Below, one piece after another: positions 19,813-30,300 of a DNA stretch of 64,000 nt. Within the stretch, counting starts at the first letter, position 1. Every line of letters begins with the position of its first letter. Where the stretch lies: positions 1-64,000 of IMG/VR virus record IMGVR_UViG_3300017971_004103. One strand, written 5' to 3'. The stretch comes from a virus. The notes under the pieces were generated by a model. It did no database searches and was not told the DNA's origin. It was given only the letters and a program-made list of their open reading frames with translations. The position numbers and the translations under genes are program-made.

Positions 19813-20411
19813 AATATATTGTTGACAAATATAAAATAGATCTTTCACAACCATCGCCCTTTCATCTTCCCATTGGACGATTTAAGGATGTTCCAAGGCT
19901 ATTTAAAGAGCTTGGCTTTAAGGTTGGGGCTGAGGTGGGAACTTATCAGGGTGAATATGCAAGGTATCTTTTAAGGTATTGTCCTGGGTTGAAACTTTAC
20001 GGCATTGATATGTGGAAATCATATAAGGGATATAAGGATTTCGGCGCGAATGATCTAATTGATTCCCATCAAATAGCAAAAGAAAGGGTTAAGGGGTATG
20101 ACTGCGAACTAATCCAGGGATGGAGCAATGAAGTTGTCAAACGAGTTTTAGATGAGAGCTTAGACTTTGTTTTTATAGACGGCAATCACGCATATGAATA
20201 TGTAGTTGAAGATATTGCTAATTGGTCAAAAAAGGTTAGAAGTGGCGGGATTGTCTACGGTCATGACTTTGATGATTATACAAATAGAAGAAGATGGAAG
20301 CAGATGCACGTTATCCAGGCAGTTGAAGGGTGGGTGAAGTCGTACAAAATCCATCCGTGGTTTGTGCTGACCAATAACAAAAATAAAACATGGATGTATG
20401 TCAAGCCATAG
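19773..20411 (+). CDS. class I SAM methyltransferase (Methyltransf_24-like)
   Basis: GAEVGTYQG...LDFVFIDGNHAYEYV..DI...GGIVYGHDF. Confidence 0.88.
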   Translation: MAGKLERKAVETLKYIVDKYKIDLSQPSPFHLPIGRFKDVPRLFKELGFKVGAEVGTYQGEYARYLLRYCPGLKLYGIDMWKSYKGYKDFGANDLIDSHQIAKERVKGYDCELIQGWSNEVVKRVLDESLDFVFIDGNHAYEYVVEDIANWSKKVRSGGIVYGHDFDDYTNRRRWKQMHVIQAVEGWVKSYKIHPWFVLTNNKNKTWMYVKP

Positions 20412-21054
20412 CCTTACCATACTGTACTACACGGCAAATAGAGAAGATGAAAATTTTGCGAGTAGGATTCGAGAAAACATCCTTAGTGTTTCTGGTGGTT
20501 TACCAATTGTAAGTGTCTCACAAAAACCCCTGTGTTTTGGTAAAAATATTTGTGTGGGGATGCATGATAATTGTTATCACAATGCTGCCCGCCAGGTGCA
20601 AATCGGACTAAGGGCTATAGATACTCCCTATGTAATTGCGGCAAATTCAGACACTCTTTATCCACCGGAATATTTTCAATTCAAAATATCTGGAAGGGGG
20701 TGGGTTTATAGATACAACAATGTCTGGGTTCACTATACTCAATTTAAGGGACAGCCGAAATTTTGGTTTAAGGGCGTTAGTCATTGTGCTCAAGTAGTAG
20801 ATAGAGAATTATGGCTGAAGCGAATTGATAGGGTTATGGATAAACTCCCTAAATGGAGAATTGATAAAATCGATAGAATTTCCAGCATACACTTTAAACA
20901 CTATGAACATATGGCCGCAGACAATCCAGTAATAACATTTAAAACAAGAACTGGGGTCAAATCTACAACTGCCGTGAAAAGAGGTCACTTACCGAAATAT
21001 AGTTTGCCCTATTGGGGATCGGCAAAAGCATTGAGAGAAAAAATGTTTCAATGA
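20398..21054 (+). CDS. putative GT-A glycosyltransferase
   Basis: ILYYTAN...LPIVSVSQKP...NSDTLYPPEYF; homologous to the C-terminal half of 21730..23328. Confidence 0.6.
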   Translation: MSSHSLTILYYTANREDENFASRIRENILSVSGGLPIVSVSQKPLCFGKNICVGMHDNCYHNAARQVQIGLRAIDTPYVIAANSDTLYPPEYFQFKISGRGWVYRYNNVWVHYTQFKGQPKFWFKGVSHCAQVVDRELWLKRIDRVMDKLPKWRIDKIDRISSIHFKHYEHMAADNPVITFKTRTGVKSTTAVKRGHLPKYSLPYWGSAKALREKMFQ

Positions 21055-21743
21055 AATTATCAATCATAATCTCCGTATATCAAAGCCATGAAATTGTCCG
21101 AAGGCAGCTATTACATTTTAAAAAGATAAAATTACCATTTGAATTAATCATCGTTGATGATGGAAGCAGCCCCCCAATTGAGGGGGCTTTTTGTTGCACA
21201 AATAATAAGCTGGCATGGACACAGGGATTGGGCAGGAACCTCGGGGCATCTAAGGCAAGCGGTGAATATCTTTTTATGACAGATATTGACCACATCATAT
21301 CGAGAGAAGCTATAGAAGATGCCCTCAATTTTACCGGCAACAAGATGATTTTCAGAAGGCAGATTAGGGTTTTAGATGAAGATGGGAATATTAGGCAAGA
21401 CAAAGAAACCCTAAAAGACTGGGGTTATGAAAAAGATAATTTAGATGCGAGCGTTCACGGCAATACTTTTGTAATCAAAAAAGAAGTTTTTGAAAAGCTC
21501 GGTGGTTATGCAAGAAGCACTTGTACAATTGGTTATCACCCAGCCCGTCGCAAGGGAGATGATTGTTACTTTAACTCTAAGTGGAATCGTACTTATCGAG
21601 GAATTAAGCCAGTAGTTGGTTCTGATATCTATATGTTTCCCATAGGTAGATTTCATAAGAATGGTGATTTAAACCCCAAAGGACTCTTTCACAATTTAAG
21701 TCAAACTAAGCAGGAGAAATTTTATAAGAATGCCACAGCTTAG
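21051..21743 (+). CDS. GT2 glycosyltransferase
   Basis: LSIIISVY, IIVDDGS, GRNLGA, MTDIDH. Confidence 0.88.
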   Translation: MKLSIIISVYQSHEIVRRQLLHFKKIKLPFELIIVDDGSSPPIEGAFCCTNNKLAWTQGLGRNLGASKASGEYLFMTDIDHIISREAIEDALNFTGNKMIFRRQIRVLDEDGNIRQDKETLKDWGYEKDNLDASVHGNTFVIKKEVFEKLGGYARSTCTIGYHPARRKGDDCYFNSKWNRTYRGIKPVVGSDIYMFPIGRFHKNGDLNPKGLFHNLSQTKQEKFYKNATA

Positions 21744-23328
21744 TGTCATCATCCCATCGAGAAATGAGATGTTTCTCAATAACACCATTGAAGACATCTT
21801 AAAAAACAGTGAAGCAGATACTGAGATTATTGTGTGTTTAGATGGTCAATGGCCGATTGATCCGATTAAACAACATCCAAAAGTAAAGATAATATTCTTC
21901 CCTGAAAGTATCGGTCAGAGAGCCGCGACAAACAGGGGCGCTCGGATATCAGATGCAAAATATCTCATGAAACTAGATGCCCACTGTTCTTTTGCTAAAG
22001 GATTTGATCGAGTTCTTTTAGAAGATATTCAAGATGATTGGACTATAGTCCCTCTCATGCGAAACCTCCATGCCTTTGATTGGGTATGTAAAAATGGACA
22101 CCGTAAATATCAAGGGCCGACTCCGGGGAAATGTGGAGAATGTGGCGAGCCCATGAAGCGGGAAATATTGTGGCGAGCAAAACCAAGTCCCAAAAGTACC
22201 TCCTATCGTTTTGACCGTACCCTGCATTTTCAATACTGGGGAGAATACAAAAAGCATCAAAAGGGTGATCTTGTAGAGACAATGTCATTACAGGGGTCAT
22301 GCTTTATGATGCGACGTGATCGTTATTTTGATTTAAATATCTGTGATGAGACTTGGGGATCATGGGGCAATCAAGGAACGGAAGTTGCGGTAAAATCATG
22401 GTTATCGGGTGGTAGAGTAATAGTTGATAAGCGTACTTGGTATGCTCATATGTTTAGGACGCAGGGTGGGGACTTCGGATTTCCATATCCACAATCAGGC
22501 AAAGCAGTTGAACGTGCAAGACAATGTTCCAGGGATTTATTTTTAAATGATAAATGGGATAAAGCCGTTCATCCCTTTAGCTGGCTGATTAATAAATTTA
22601 AGCCACCAGATTGGGAAGATGTGTGGCAAAAAGAACCCGACAAAAAGCCGACATCCCCCACCAAAGGAATTGTCTACTATACGGATAATCGGCTTAACAT
22701 GAAGTTGGCCAAATTATGCCGGAACTACATCAAGAAATCTAATCTTCCCATCACATCGGTAACCTTAAAGTCAACAGGCTTCGGACATAATATTGTTGTT
22801 AAGTCTGAGCCTAGCTATAAGACCATGTTCAAACAGATATTGACCGGTCTTAAAGAAGCCAAAGAGGACATTATATTTTTATGCGAGCACGATGTCTTAT
22901 ATCATCCGTCTCATTTTGAGTTTACACCAGAGGAAGAAAACACATTTTATTATAACGGATATTATTGGATGGTTCGGCTAAAAGACGGCTTTGCTATTAA
23001 CTATGATGTCAGCCCGCTATCTGGATTAGTCGCCTACAGAGAACCACTCATTACTCATTTCGAAGAGCGTGTAGCACTAATTGAAAAACAGGGATTCGGT
23101 TATTATATGGGATTTGAACCGATGACTCATAAGCGTATCAAGTGGGAGAATTGGTATGACTTTAAAATATTTAAACCCCAATATCCTAATGTTGATTTAG
23201 CACACGAAGGAAATTTAACTAACAAAAGATGGACGCAAAAGAAGTTTATACGAAAACCAAAGTTTTGGAATGAAGGAAGTATTAATAATATAGAAGGCTG
23301 GCCTAATTTGCCAAAATTATTAAGCTAA
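21730..23328 (+). CDS. two-domain glycosyltransferase (ppGalNAc-T-like N-terminal domain + second GT-A domain)
   Basis: KLDAHC, LQGSCFMMRRDRYFDLNICDE.WGSWGNQGTEVAVKSWLSGG, WYAHMFR; C-terminal domain GIVYYTDN...CEHDVLYHPSHF. Confidence 0.8.
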   Translation: MPQLSVIIPSRNEMFLNNTIEDILKNSEADTEIIVCLDGQWPIDPIKQHPKVKIIFFPESIGQRAATNRGARISDAKYLMKLDAHCSFAKGFDRVLLEDIQDDWTIVPLMRNLHAFDWVCKNGHRKYQGPTPGKCGECGEPMKREILWRAKPSPKSTSYRFDRTLHFQYWGEYKKHQKGDLVETMSLQGSCFMMRRDRYFDLNICDETWGSWGNQGTEVAVKSWLSGGRVIVDKRTWYAHMFRTQGGDFGFPYPQSGKAVERARQCSRDLFLNDKWDKAVHPFSWLINKFKPPDWEDVWQKEPDKKPTSPTKGIVYYTDNRLNMKLAKLCRNYIKKSNLPITSVTLKSTGFGHNIVVKSEPSYKTMFKQILTGLKEAKEDIIFLCEHDVLYHPSHFEFTPEEENTFYYNGYYWMVRLKDGFAINYDVSPLSGLVAYREPLITHFEERVALIEKQGFGYYMGFEPMTHKRIKWENWYDFKIFKPQYPNVDLAHEGNLTNKRWTQKKFIRKPKFWNEGSINNIEGWPNLPKLLS

Positions 23329-23358
23329 CCCCCTTACGACTATAAGGGGGTTTTTATT
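23328..23358 (+). terminator. rho-independent terminator
   Basis: ACCCCCTTA-cgacta-TAAGGGGGT followed by a T tract. Confidence 0.75.
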
Positions 23359-23368
23359 AGGAATAAAG

Positions 23369-26300
23369 ATGACTCGATATACCAATATAGTAATTATGAT
23401 TTTCTTTTTTTTGTTGATTAGCTGTAGTAATGGCTGGTGTCTTATCAGTAAGACATTAAAATCATCTGGGGGAGATTATGCCTCTTGGGAAGAAATGATA
23501 ACCGATCTTACGACGACCTATAATGCTTTATCAGACGATCTTACCGTTACCGTATCCCCCGCAAAATATGTAGAAGATACATATGCACCCACCTGTACGA
23601 TTGATCTAAACGGACATACTGTAATTATAAAGGCCATTGATGGATATGGGCCCCATTCGTCTGATGGAAAAACAGGGCCGCAATTTGATTTACAACTCCC
23701 AGACTCTGCTCATCATTTTTTATTTCTTGATGCAAAAGATACCGGACAATTTATCGTTGAGGGACTTACATTTGATGTAGATGAATCTTCTTCTAGTCCA
23801 GCCAATGTTTTTTATTTAGCCAATGATGCTGCATCTGTAGTAACGATTAGAAATTGTGTATTTAAGGGGCAACAAGATGAGGATGCGATCTATTCCTCTA
23901 ATATAAACACTACTATCCGCATATACAACAATTTTTTCTATAATTTCTATACCGCCATTACTACCCTGTTTCAAGCAACTGATAGTTTTATTGGGAATAA
24001 TACTATTTATGGATGTGCTCAATATGGAATCAGCCTTTCCAGCAAAGACATTTTAGCCATGAATAATCTGGTTTACAATAATGGAACGGATTTTTTATTA
24101 CCTGGAAGTGCTACTGGATATAATAATCTGTGTAGTGACACTACCTGTGAAGATGGTGATTTTAGTACTGGCAACGGTAATCAACCATCTAAAACAGTAT
24201 CTTTTACCTCTACATCTGATGATGAGTATTTCCTTGCATCTGATGAGGTGATAGCAATTGATGGTGGGACTGTAACTGCGTACGATGATCTAGTCGCTCA
24301 TTATAGATTTGAAAGAGGATATCTAACAGAAGATAGTAGTGATAATAGTAACACTATAACGGCAGTAAGTGATCCGGCATCAATTATGTCTGATTACAGG
24401 GAAGGTAACGGAGCAATAGATTATGATAGTGATGATTATCATGTAAGGCCTGATGGGGATTTAAGCGATGATTTTCCTGGCAAACAAGATTCAGCCAATA
24501 CAGACCTAACAGTATCGCTCTGGATAAGACCCACTGGAAGTGGTAGTAATAATCGAGACCTTATTTCGATTGCTGCTGCCGGTACTGAGAACGGTAAAAT
24601 ATGGGCTGTGCGTATTGATGCAAGTGATAAAATATCATTTTTAAAAGGTTACGACAATGGTGCATCATGGGAAACAACAACTTATAGTACTGCCCTAACA
24701 GAAGGAAGTTCTGCCCCCTGGTATAGAATAGATGTTACCTACGATGAATCAGGGGCAATAGGAGCAGCAAAGGGCGTTAGAATTAGGGTGTGGGATGATA
24801 CGGCTAAAGCATGGTTAAGTAGTGATACAACAGCTACTCATGGCAATGCTATGGATACCAGCACAACGTATACACCTGACTTTGTAATTAATGCCCTTAA
24901 ATATAATGGAACTTATTATCCATATGATTGTGAAATGGATGGCATTAGAATTTACAATAGAGCATTAACTCCTGACGAATTAGATGAAGCATGGACATTA
25001 AATCACGATGCCTTTAATAGACCAAGGGATACATCTCCAGACATCGGTGCTTATGAATATATTGCGCCAGTTGATTACTATGTTAGTGCAGACAATGGAG
25101 ATAACAGTAATAATGGAACAAGCACCTCTACTGAATGGGAAGATTTTACTAATGTCGATAGTATGATATTCAATCCAGGTGATACGCTTAATCTAGCAAT
25201 GGATGATGAATGGAATGATACTTTATGGATTACTGCCGTTGGTTCTACTGTAAATGGAAATGGGGTTACAGTAACAAAATATATTGATGATACAAGCACC
25301 ACAAATCCTATAATACATGGTACATCCGGTAGTTATGGTATCAATTATAAAACCTCATCTCATGTAATAACTGAAAATATAATAGCAGAAAGTTGTAGTT
25401 CTCATGGTATTTATGCTGCGAGTGCAAATGATTTAACTTTTACAAATGTAGAATCAAATCGCAATGGTGGAGAAGGTGTAGATACAAGTATTTACAGTGG
25501 ATTTACTTTTTATGCTATCGATAATCTTAATCTTACAAACTGTACTGGTAATTGGAATCATGGACATGGCTTTTATCTAGGATATACAAATGATGGAACT
25601 TGTAATATTGCTGGATCAACATTTAATTATAATGGTCTTATACATGGAAATAAACAAGGATTTGGCATTCTAACGAGTTGTTACGCAGATAGTGGATATG
25701 ATGATATCTTAAATGTAACTAACACAATTGCTAATTATAATGGATATATTGGTATCGGGCCTGGTACAAACAGTATTATAGATAATTGTACGGCTAATTA
25801 TAATGGAGATGGTTGGGGAACACAGGGAGTAAAGATATTCTCTGGTACATTAACTGGGAATTTAGGTGATCTCGATACTGTTACACAAGAAAATACTAAT
25901 GCTGCAGGAATAGTTCATCACTGCAATTCATCTTATTTTATAAAAGATGGACATAGTATTTGGTTATCACTATGGGAAGAATCTGGCACTTTTAATGGTA
26001 CAGATAAAATTGTAAAAGATGTAAGTAATTATTGGGAACCTACTACTGTAATTGATTATGAGCCTGATTCTGACTGGTCTGGGGGGGGGATGGATTTAAG
26101 AAATAGTGATAATACAATAGTTAGGTATTGTTTAGCAATTGGCAATCTTACAGTTTATCATGTCGGAATAGATGGCTATGGCATTAATATAGATGATGAA
26201 ACTGATGGGGCAAAGGTTTATTATAGTATAAGTACGTTTAATCGTGGCGCCGGTTTCAAGATACATAATTCCGGTAAAGTAGCAATGAATTATTTATATC

Positions 26301-27151
26301 ACTGTCTTTCATATGGAAATAGTGTATCTGTAGCTACTGCTGCTGGTATACATATTGCAGATTTAGAGGGCGGGGATGTTACTATTAAAAATTGCATATC
26401 TCTATTAGATACAAATTGGGCTTTCAGGGTAGCTGCTGCTAGTTTAGACACAGAAACACTGGTACTAGATTATAATAATTATTACATGGGGGCAGGAGAG
26501 CAAGATTTGGTTAGGTGGGGAACAACTGAATATACCTCATTAGAATTTGAAGATTATCAAACCGATACTGGGCAGGATGTGAATTCAATAGCTACTGATC
26601 CCTCATTGGTTGATCCCGCCAATGGTGATTATAGACTAGCATTTGATTCACCTTGCATTGATACTGGAGTTGACTTAACGGGAAGTACAGAAGCCACAGA
26701 CTATCATGGAAACTCTGTTCCCGTTGATGGTGATCAGGCTGGTGGAGGGCAATCTGATATAGGTCATTATGAATATTCAATTGGATGGAAATGGGGAGCT
26801 GCATCAGAGGAGGCGGGATATCATGATGATGGATTAACCGAAAGGGGATGGACCGAGGGAACTGGTGCTATATCTGGTGATAGCCAAACAGGAATACTTG
26901 AATTAGATGATGATGAATATTTATTGGGGCCAGTGATAAATACCGGAAGTACAGCTACAAAGCATTTGTCTATTTCCAAGGGCAGCGAATCTGGAACCGG
27001 CACTTTATGCTGGCGTGGTCAATCAACTAAATTTGAACAAACTGATACCGATCCTAGTTGGGAAGTATATAGCAAAAGTGAGAATAAGGATTGGCAATAT
27101 GTCCAAATAGCTGTTGACAACGACGATGACAACTGTGCGTCTCTACCATAG
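23369..27151 (+). CDS. 1260-aa acidic parallel beta-helix + LamG/ConA-like lectin protein with signal-peptide-like N-terminus (fibre/adhesin)
   Basis: PbH1-like repeats (IYNNFFYN, GNNTIYG), LamG motifs (LVAHYRFE, TVSLWIRP, MDGIRIYNRALT), and two DIG.YEY motifs. Confidence 0.75.
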   Translation: MTRYTNIVIMIFFFLLISCSNGWCLISKTLKSSGGDYASWEEMITDLTTTYNALSDDLTVTVSPAKYVEDTYAPTCTIDLNGHTVIIKAIDGYGPHSSDGKTGPQFDLQLPDSAHHFLFLDAKDTGQFIVEGLTFDVDESSSSPANVFYLANDAASVVTIRNCVFKGQQDEDAIYSSNINTTIRIYNNFFYNFYTAITTLFQATDSFIGNNTIYGCAQYGISLSSKDILAMNNLVYNNGTDFLLPGSATGYNNLCSDTTCEDGDFSTGNGNQPSKTVSFTSTSDDEYFLASDEVIAIDGGTVTAYDDLVAHYRFERGYLTEDSSDNSNTITAVSDPASIMSDYREGNGAIDYDSDDYHVRPDGDLSDDFPGKQDSANTDLTVSLWIRPTGSGSNNRDLISIAAAGTENGKIWAVRIDASDKISFLKGYDNGASWETTTYSTALTEGSSAPWYRIDVTYDESGAIGAAKGVRIRVWDDTAKAWLSSDTTATHGNAMDTSTTYTPDFVINALKYNGTYYPYDCEMDGIRIYNRALTPDELDEAWTLNHDAFNRPRDTSPDIGAYEYIAPVDYYVSADNGDNSNNGTSTSTEWEDFTNVDSMIFNPGDTLNLAMDDEWNDTLWITAVGSTVNGNGVTVTKYIDDTSTTNPIIHGTSGSYGINYKTSSHVITENIIAESCSSHGIYAASANDLTFTNVESNRNGGEGVDTSIYSGFTFYAIDNLNLTNCTGNWNHGHGFYLGYTNDGTCNIAGSTFNYNGLIHGNKQGFGILTSCYADSGYDDILNVTNTIANYNGYIGIGPGTNSIIDNCTANYNGDGWGTQGVKIFSGTLTGNLGDLDTVTQENTNAAGIVHHCNSSYFIKDGHSIWLSLWEESGTFNGTDKIVKDVSNYWEPTTVIDYEPDSDWSGGGMDLRNSDNTIVRYCLAIGNLTVYHVGIDGYGINIDDETDGAKVYYSISTFNRGAGFKIHNSGKVAMNYLYHCLSYGNSVSVATAAGIHIADLEGGDVTIKNCISLLDTNWAFRVAAASLDTETLVLDYNNYYMGAGEQDLVRWGTTEYTSLEFEDYQTDTGQDVNSIATDPSLVDPANGDYRLAFDSPCIDTGVDLTGSTEATDYHGNSVPVDGDQAGGGQSDIGHYEYSIGWKWGAASEEAGYHDDGLTERGWTEGTGAISGDSQTGILELDDDEYLLGPVINTGSTATKHLSISKGSESGTGTLCWRGQSTKFEQTDTDPSWEVYSKSENKDWQYVQIAVDNDDDNCASLP

Positions 27152-27159
27152 GTAAAAAT

Positions 27160-27333
27160 ATGAATAAGCTTGAATATCTTAAAAAGAAATTAAGAATAAT
27201 AAAAATCCTTTTAATAATGATTCCTATAATTGGAGGATTAGTTTATTCATTTATTATTAAAGAGTATTTTGAAACAAAACGAGAAATATATAAAATACAG
27301 GGCATTCGGCTAGTTGTGGCCCCGGCGAAGTAG
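27160..27333 (+). CDS. 57-aa single-TM protein (below the ORF-track cutoff)
   Basis: MNKLEYLKKKLRIIKILLIMIPIIGGLVYSFII... Confidence 0.45.
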   Translation: MNKLEYLKKKLRIIKILLIMIPIIGGLVYSFIIKEYFETKREIYKIQGIRLVVAPAK

Positions 27334-27345
27334 GTGAAACAGTAA

Positions 27346-30300
27346 TTGGTGCAGTGGACAATTGACGATATAAAATTAGGACAGGGGCCATCTGATAGTC
27401 CATCTGTTTCACCATCAGTAAGTCCATCTGCTTCAGTATCACCGTCAGCCAGTGAATCGCCTAGTGTATCCCCCAGTGCGAGCGTTTCTCCTAGCGCGAG
27501 TGAATCGCCGAGCATGAGTCCTTCGGCATCTATTAGCCCATCGGCCAGCGAAAGCCCAAGCATATCACCGTCGGCCAGTGAATCTCCGTCAGAATCACCA
27601 AGCGTTTCACCGAGTATTTCTCCTTCGGCCTCTGAATCGCCGAGCGTAAGCCCGTCAGCCTCAGAAAGCCCATCTGTTTCGCCGTCCGCTTCTGTGAGTC
27701 CAAGTGCTTCTGAGTCGCCAAGTATATCTCCGAGTACTTCTGAATCACCATCGGAATCACCTTCAGTTAGCCCTTCCACCTCCATTAGTCCTAGTGTATC
27801 ACCCTCTGCATCTGTCAGTCCATCTGAAAATTTATTTGATTACAATCAATCATTTGATGAATTAAATGATGGCGCCATAGATGGTCAGGATGGTTGGACG
27901 GAAGACCCCTTCGATAATGGTGCAATTGTTCAAACCAGTGTGGTATTTCATGGTGCAAAGGCACTATCTTTTCCTATTGGCGAAGCAGATGATGAGATTA
28001 TAGCTTATAGGGATTTTGCCGAGTATTTTACTGCTGGTACATTATATTTTGCCATACGTTTTTCTGATTTTTCTAATTGGGAAACAACTGAATATAGTAC
28101 TATAGCACCCCTATATAATGATATCGGAAGCCTTATTTCACTTAGACCCGATGGTAATGACTTAAAAATAAGGGTTGAAGAAACTGGATATGGAACAAGC
28201 CATAGCAACTTAATTGAAACTATTTCTAATATTCAAGATAATACTTGGTATGCAATTGGTATAGAATGGGATATTTCACGCGGTACTAAAGGACAGGCAA
28301 GAGTACAGGTAAATTCGGGAGAATGGAGCGATTGGGTAGATTATTATGCAGAAGATTTACAGGGATTTAATTGCATATATTTGCATTGTGCTACTGGTGC
28401 TGGTAGAGGTTGCACTTTTTATTTTGATGAGATAAATTCTGAGGAAATAGAATCTAGTAGTATTTCACCCTCGACCAGTGAATCGCCCAGCGTATCTCCT
28501 AGTAGTAGTGAAAGTCCATCGGTATCGCCCAGCACGAGCATATCTCCCAGTGAGAGCCCCTCCGAGAGTCCGAGTTTGTCGCCGTCTTCATCGGAATCTC
28601 CCTCTGTTAGTCCAAGTGCTTCGGTATCACCTTCAAGTTCAGAATCACCATCAGTGAGTCCGTCTACTTCGACCTCACCATCAGAATCACCTAGTATCAG
28701 TCCGAGCAGTTCAGCTAGCCCATCGGTATCGCCCAGTGCATCTGTTAGCCCTTCGGCGAGTGAATCTCCTAGCGTTTCGCCCTCGACAAGTGAGAGTCCC
28801 TCAATAAGTCCGTCGGCTTCTATCAGTCCGAGTATTTCACCGAGTAGTAGCGAATCACCCAGTATTTCACCATCTGCCTCCATTTCGCCATCTACCTCGG
28901 AAAGTCCCTCAGTATCGCCGTCGAGTTCGGAGAGCCCCTCAGCTTCTCCTAGTGCTAGTATTAGTCCTAGCACCTCGGAGTCGCCGAGTTTAAGCCCTAG
29001 CACAAGTGAGTCTCCATCGGTATCACCTAGTACATCTGAATCACCTAGTGAGTCACCGAGTAGTTCAGAGTCACCGTCAGTTAGTCCCTCGGCCAGCGTG
29101 AGCCCATCAAGTAGCGAGTCACCATCGACCAGTCCCTCAAGTTCCGAGTCACCCTCAATCAGTCCTAGCACTAGCGAGTCGCCATCAATATCACCGTCAG
29201 CAAGTGTATCACCGAGTGAGAGTTCATCAGAATCTTCTTCTCTTAGCCCCAGCGCTTCGGTTAGTCCGTCAATATCCCCAAGTAGTTCCGAATCGCCGTC
29301 ATTGTCACCAAGTGCCAGTGTAAGCCCATCGGTAGGGTCGGCATCATTATCACCAAGTTCCAGTATATCGCCCTCGGTATCACCGAGTGCCTCTTTATCA
29401 CCATCATCTTCAATTAGTCCGTCAAGCTCCGAGAGCCCGTCGGTGTCTCCATCGAGTTCAGAGAGTCCGAGTGTCAGTCCATCTTCAAGCGAGAGCCCCA
29501 GCGTCAGTCCCAGTGCATCAATTTCACCGAGTATTTCGCCGTCAGCTTCGGTTTCTCCATCATCCTCAGAGTCGCCCTCCGTGAGTTCGTCGAGTTCCGA
29601 AAGTCCTAGTTTGAGCCCTTCATCATCGGAATCACCCTCGGTCAGTCCATCAGCGAGTGTCAGTCCCTCAAGTTCGATCAGTCCGTCAGTCTCTCCCTCG
29701 GCGTCAGTTAGTCCATCAACCAGTGAGAGCCCGTCGGTATCGCCAAGCGCAAGTGAGTCACCCAGTAGTAGTGAGTCACTCTCGGTGAGTCCATCGGCCT
29801 CTATTTCTCCGAGCAGCTCAGAGAGCCCCAGTGTCTCTCCCTCAGCATCAGAATCGCCAAGCCCGTCTGAGGGTTCTTCTTCTGAATCACCGTCTGAAAG
29901 TCCAAGCGTATCGCCGAGTGCTAGTATCAGTCCGAGTACATCAGAATCTCCATCTGTCAGTCCCTCGGCCAGCGTGAGCCCTTCAACCTCAATATCACCC
30001 TCGGTATCGCCAAGCGCCTCCGAGAGTCCCTCAGTCTCACCCTCGGTCAGTATGAGTCCCTCAGTCTCACCGAGCGCAAGTGAGTCGCCTTCAATATCAC
30101 CGTCAAGTTCGGAAAGTCCATCGTTGAGCCCCAGTGCTTCCCTATCTCCATCGGCTAGTGAAAGCCCATCAGTCTCTCCGTCGGCATCCGTTAGTCCAAG
30201 TGCTTCCGTAAGCCCATCATGTGAGCCAGGGGAATATGAAAACCTGACAATCTACGACAAGGTAGATGAAGGAAATGATATAACTGTTGAATGCACTAAA

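Noticed and set aside
27160-27400. Read-through fusion of the TM peptide to the Ser/Pro protein (same frame)
   Set aside because: Two different stops (TAG at 27331, TAA at 27343) intervene, and an AGGTG SD supports an independent start.
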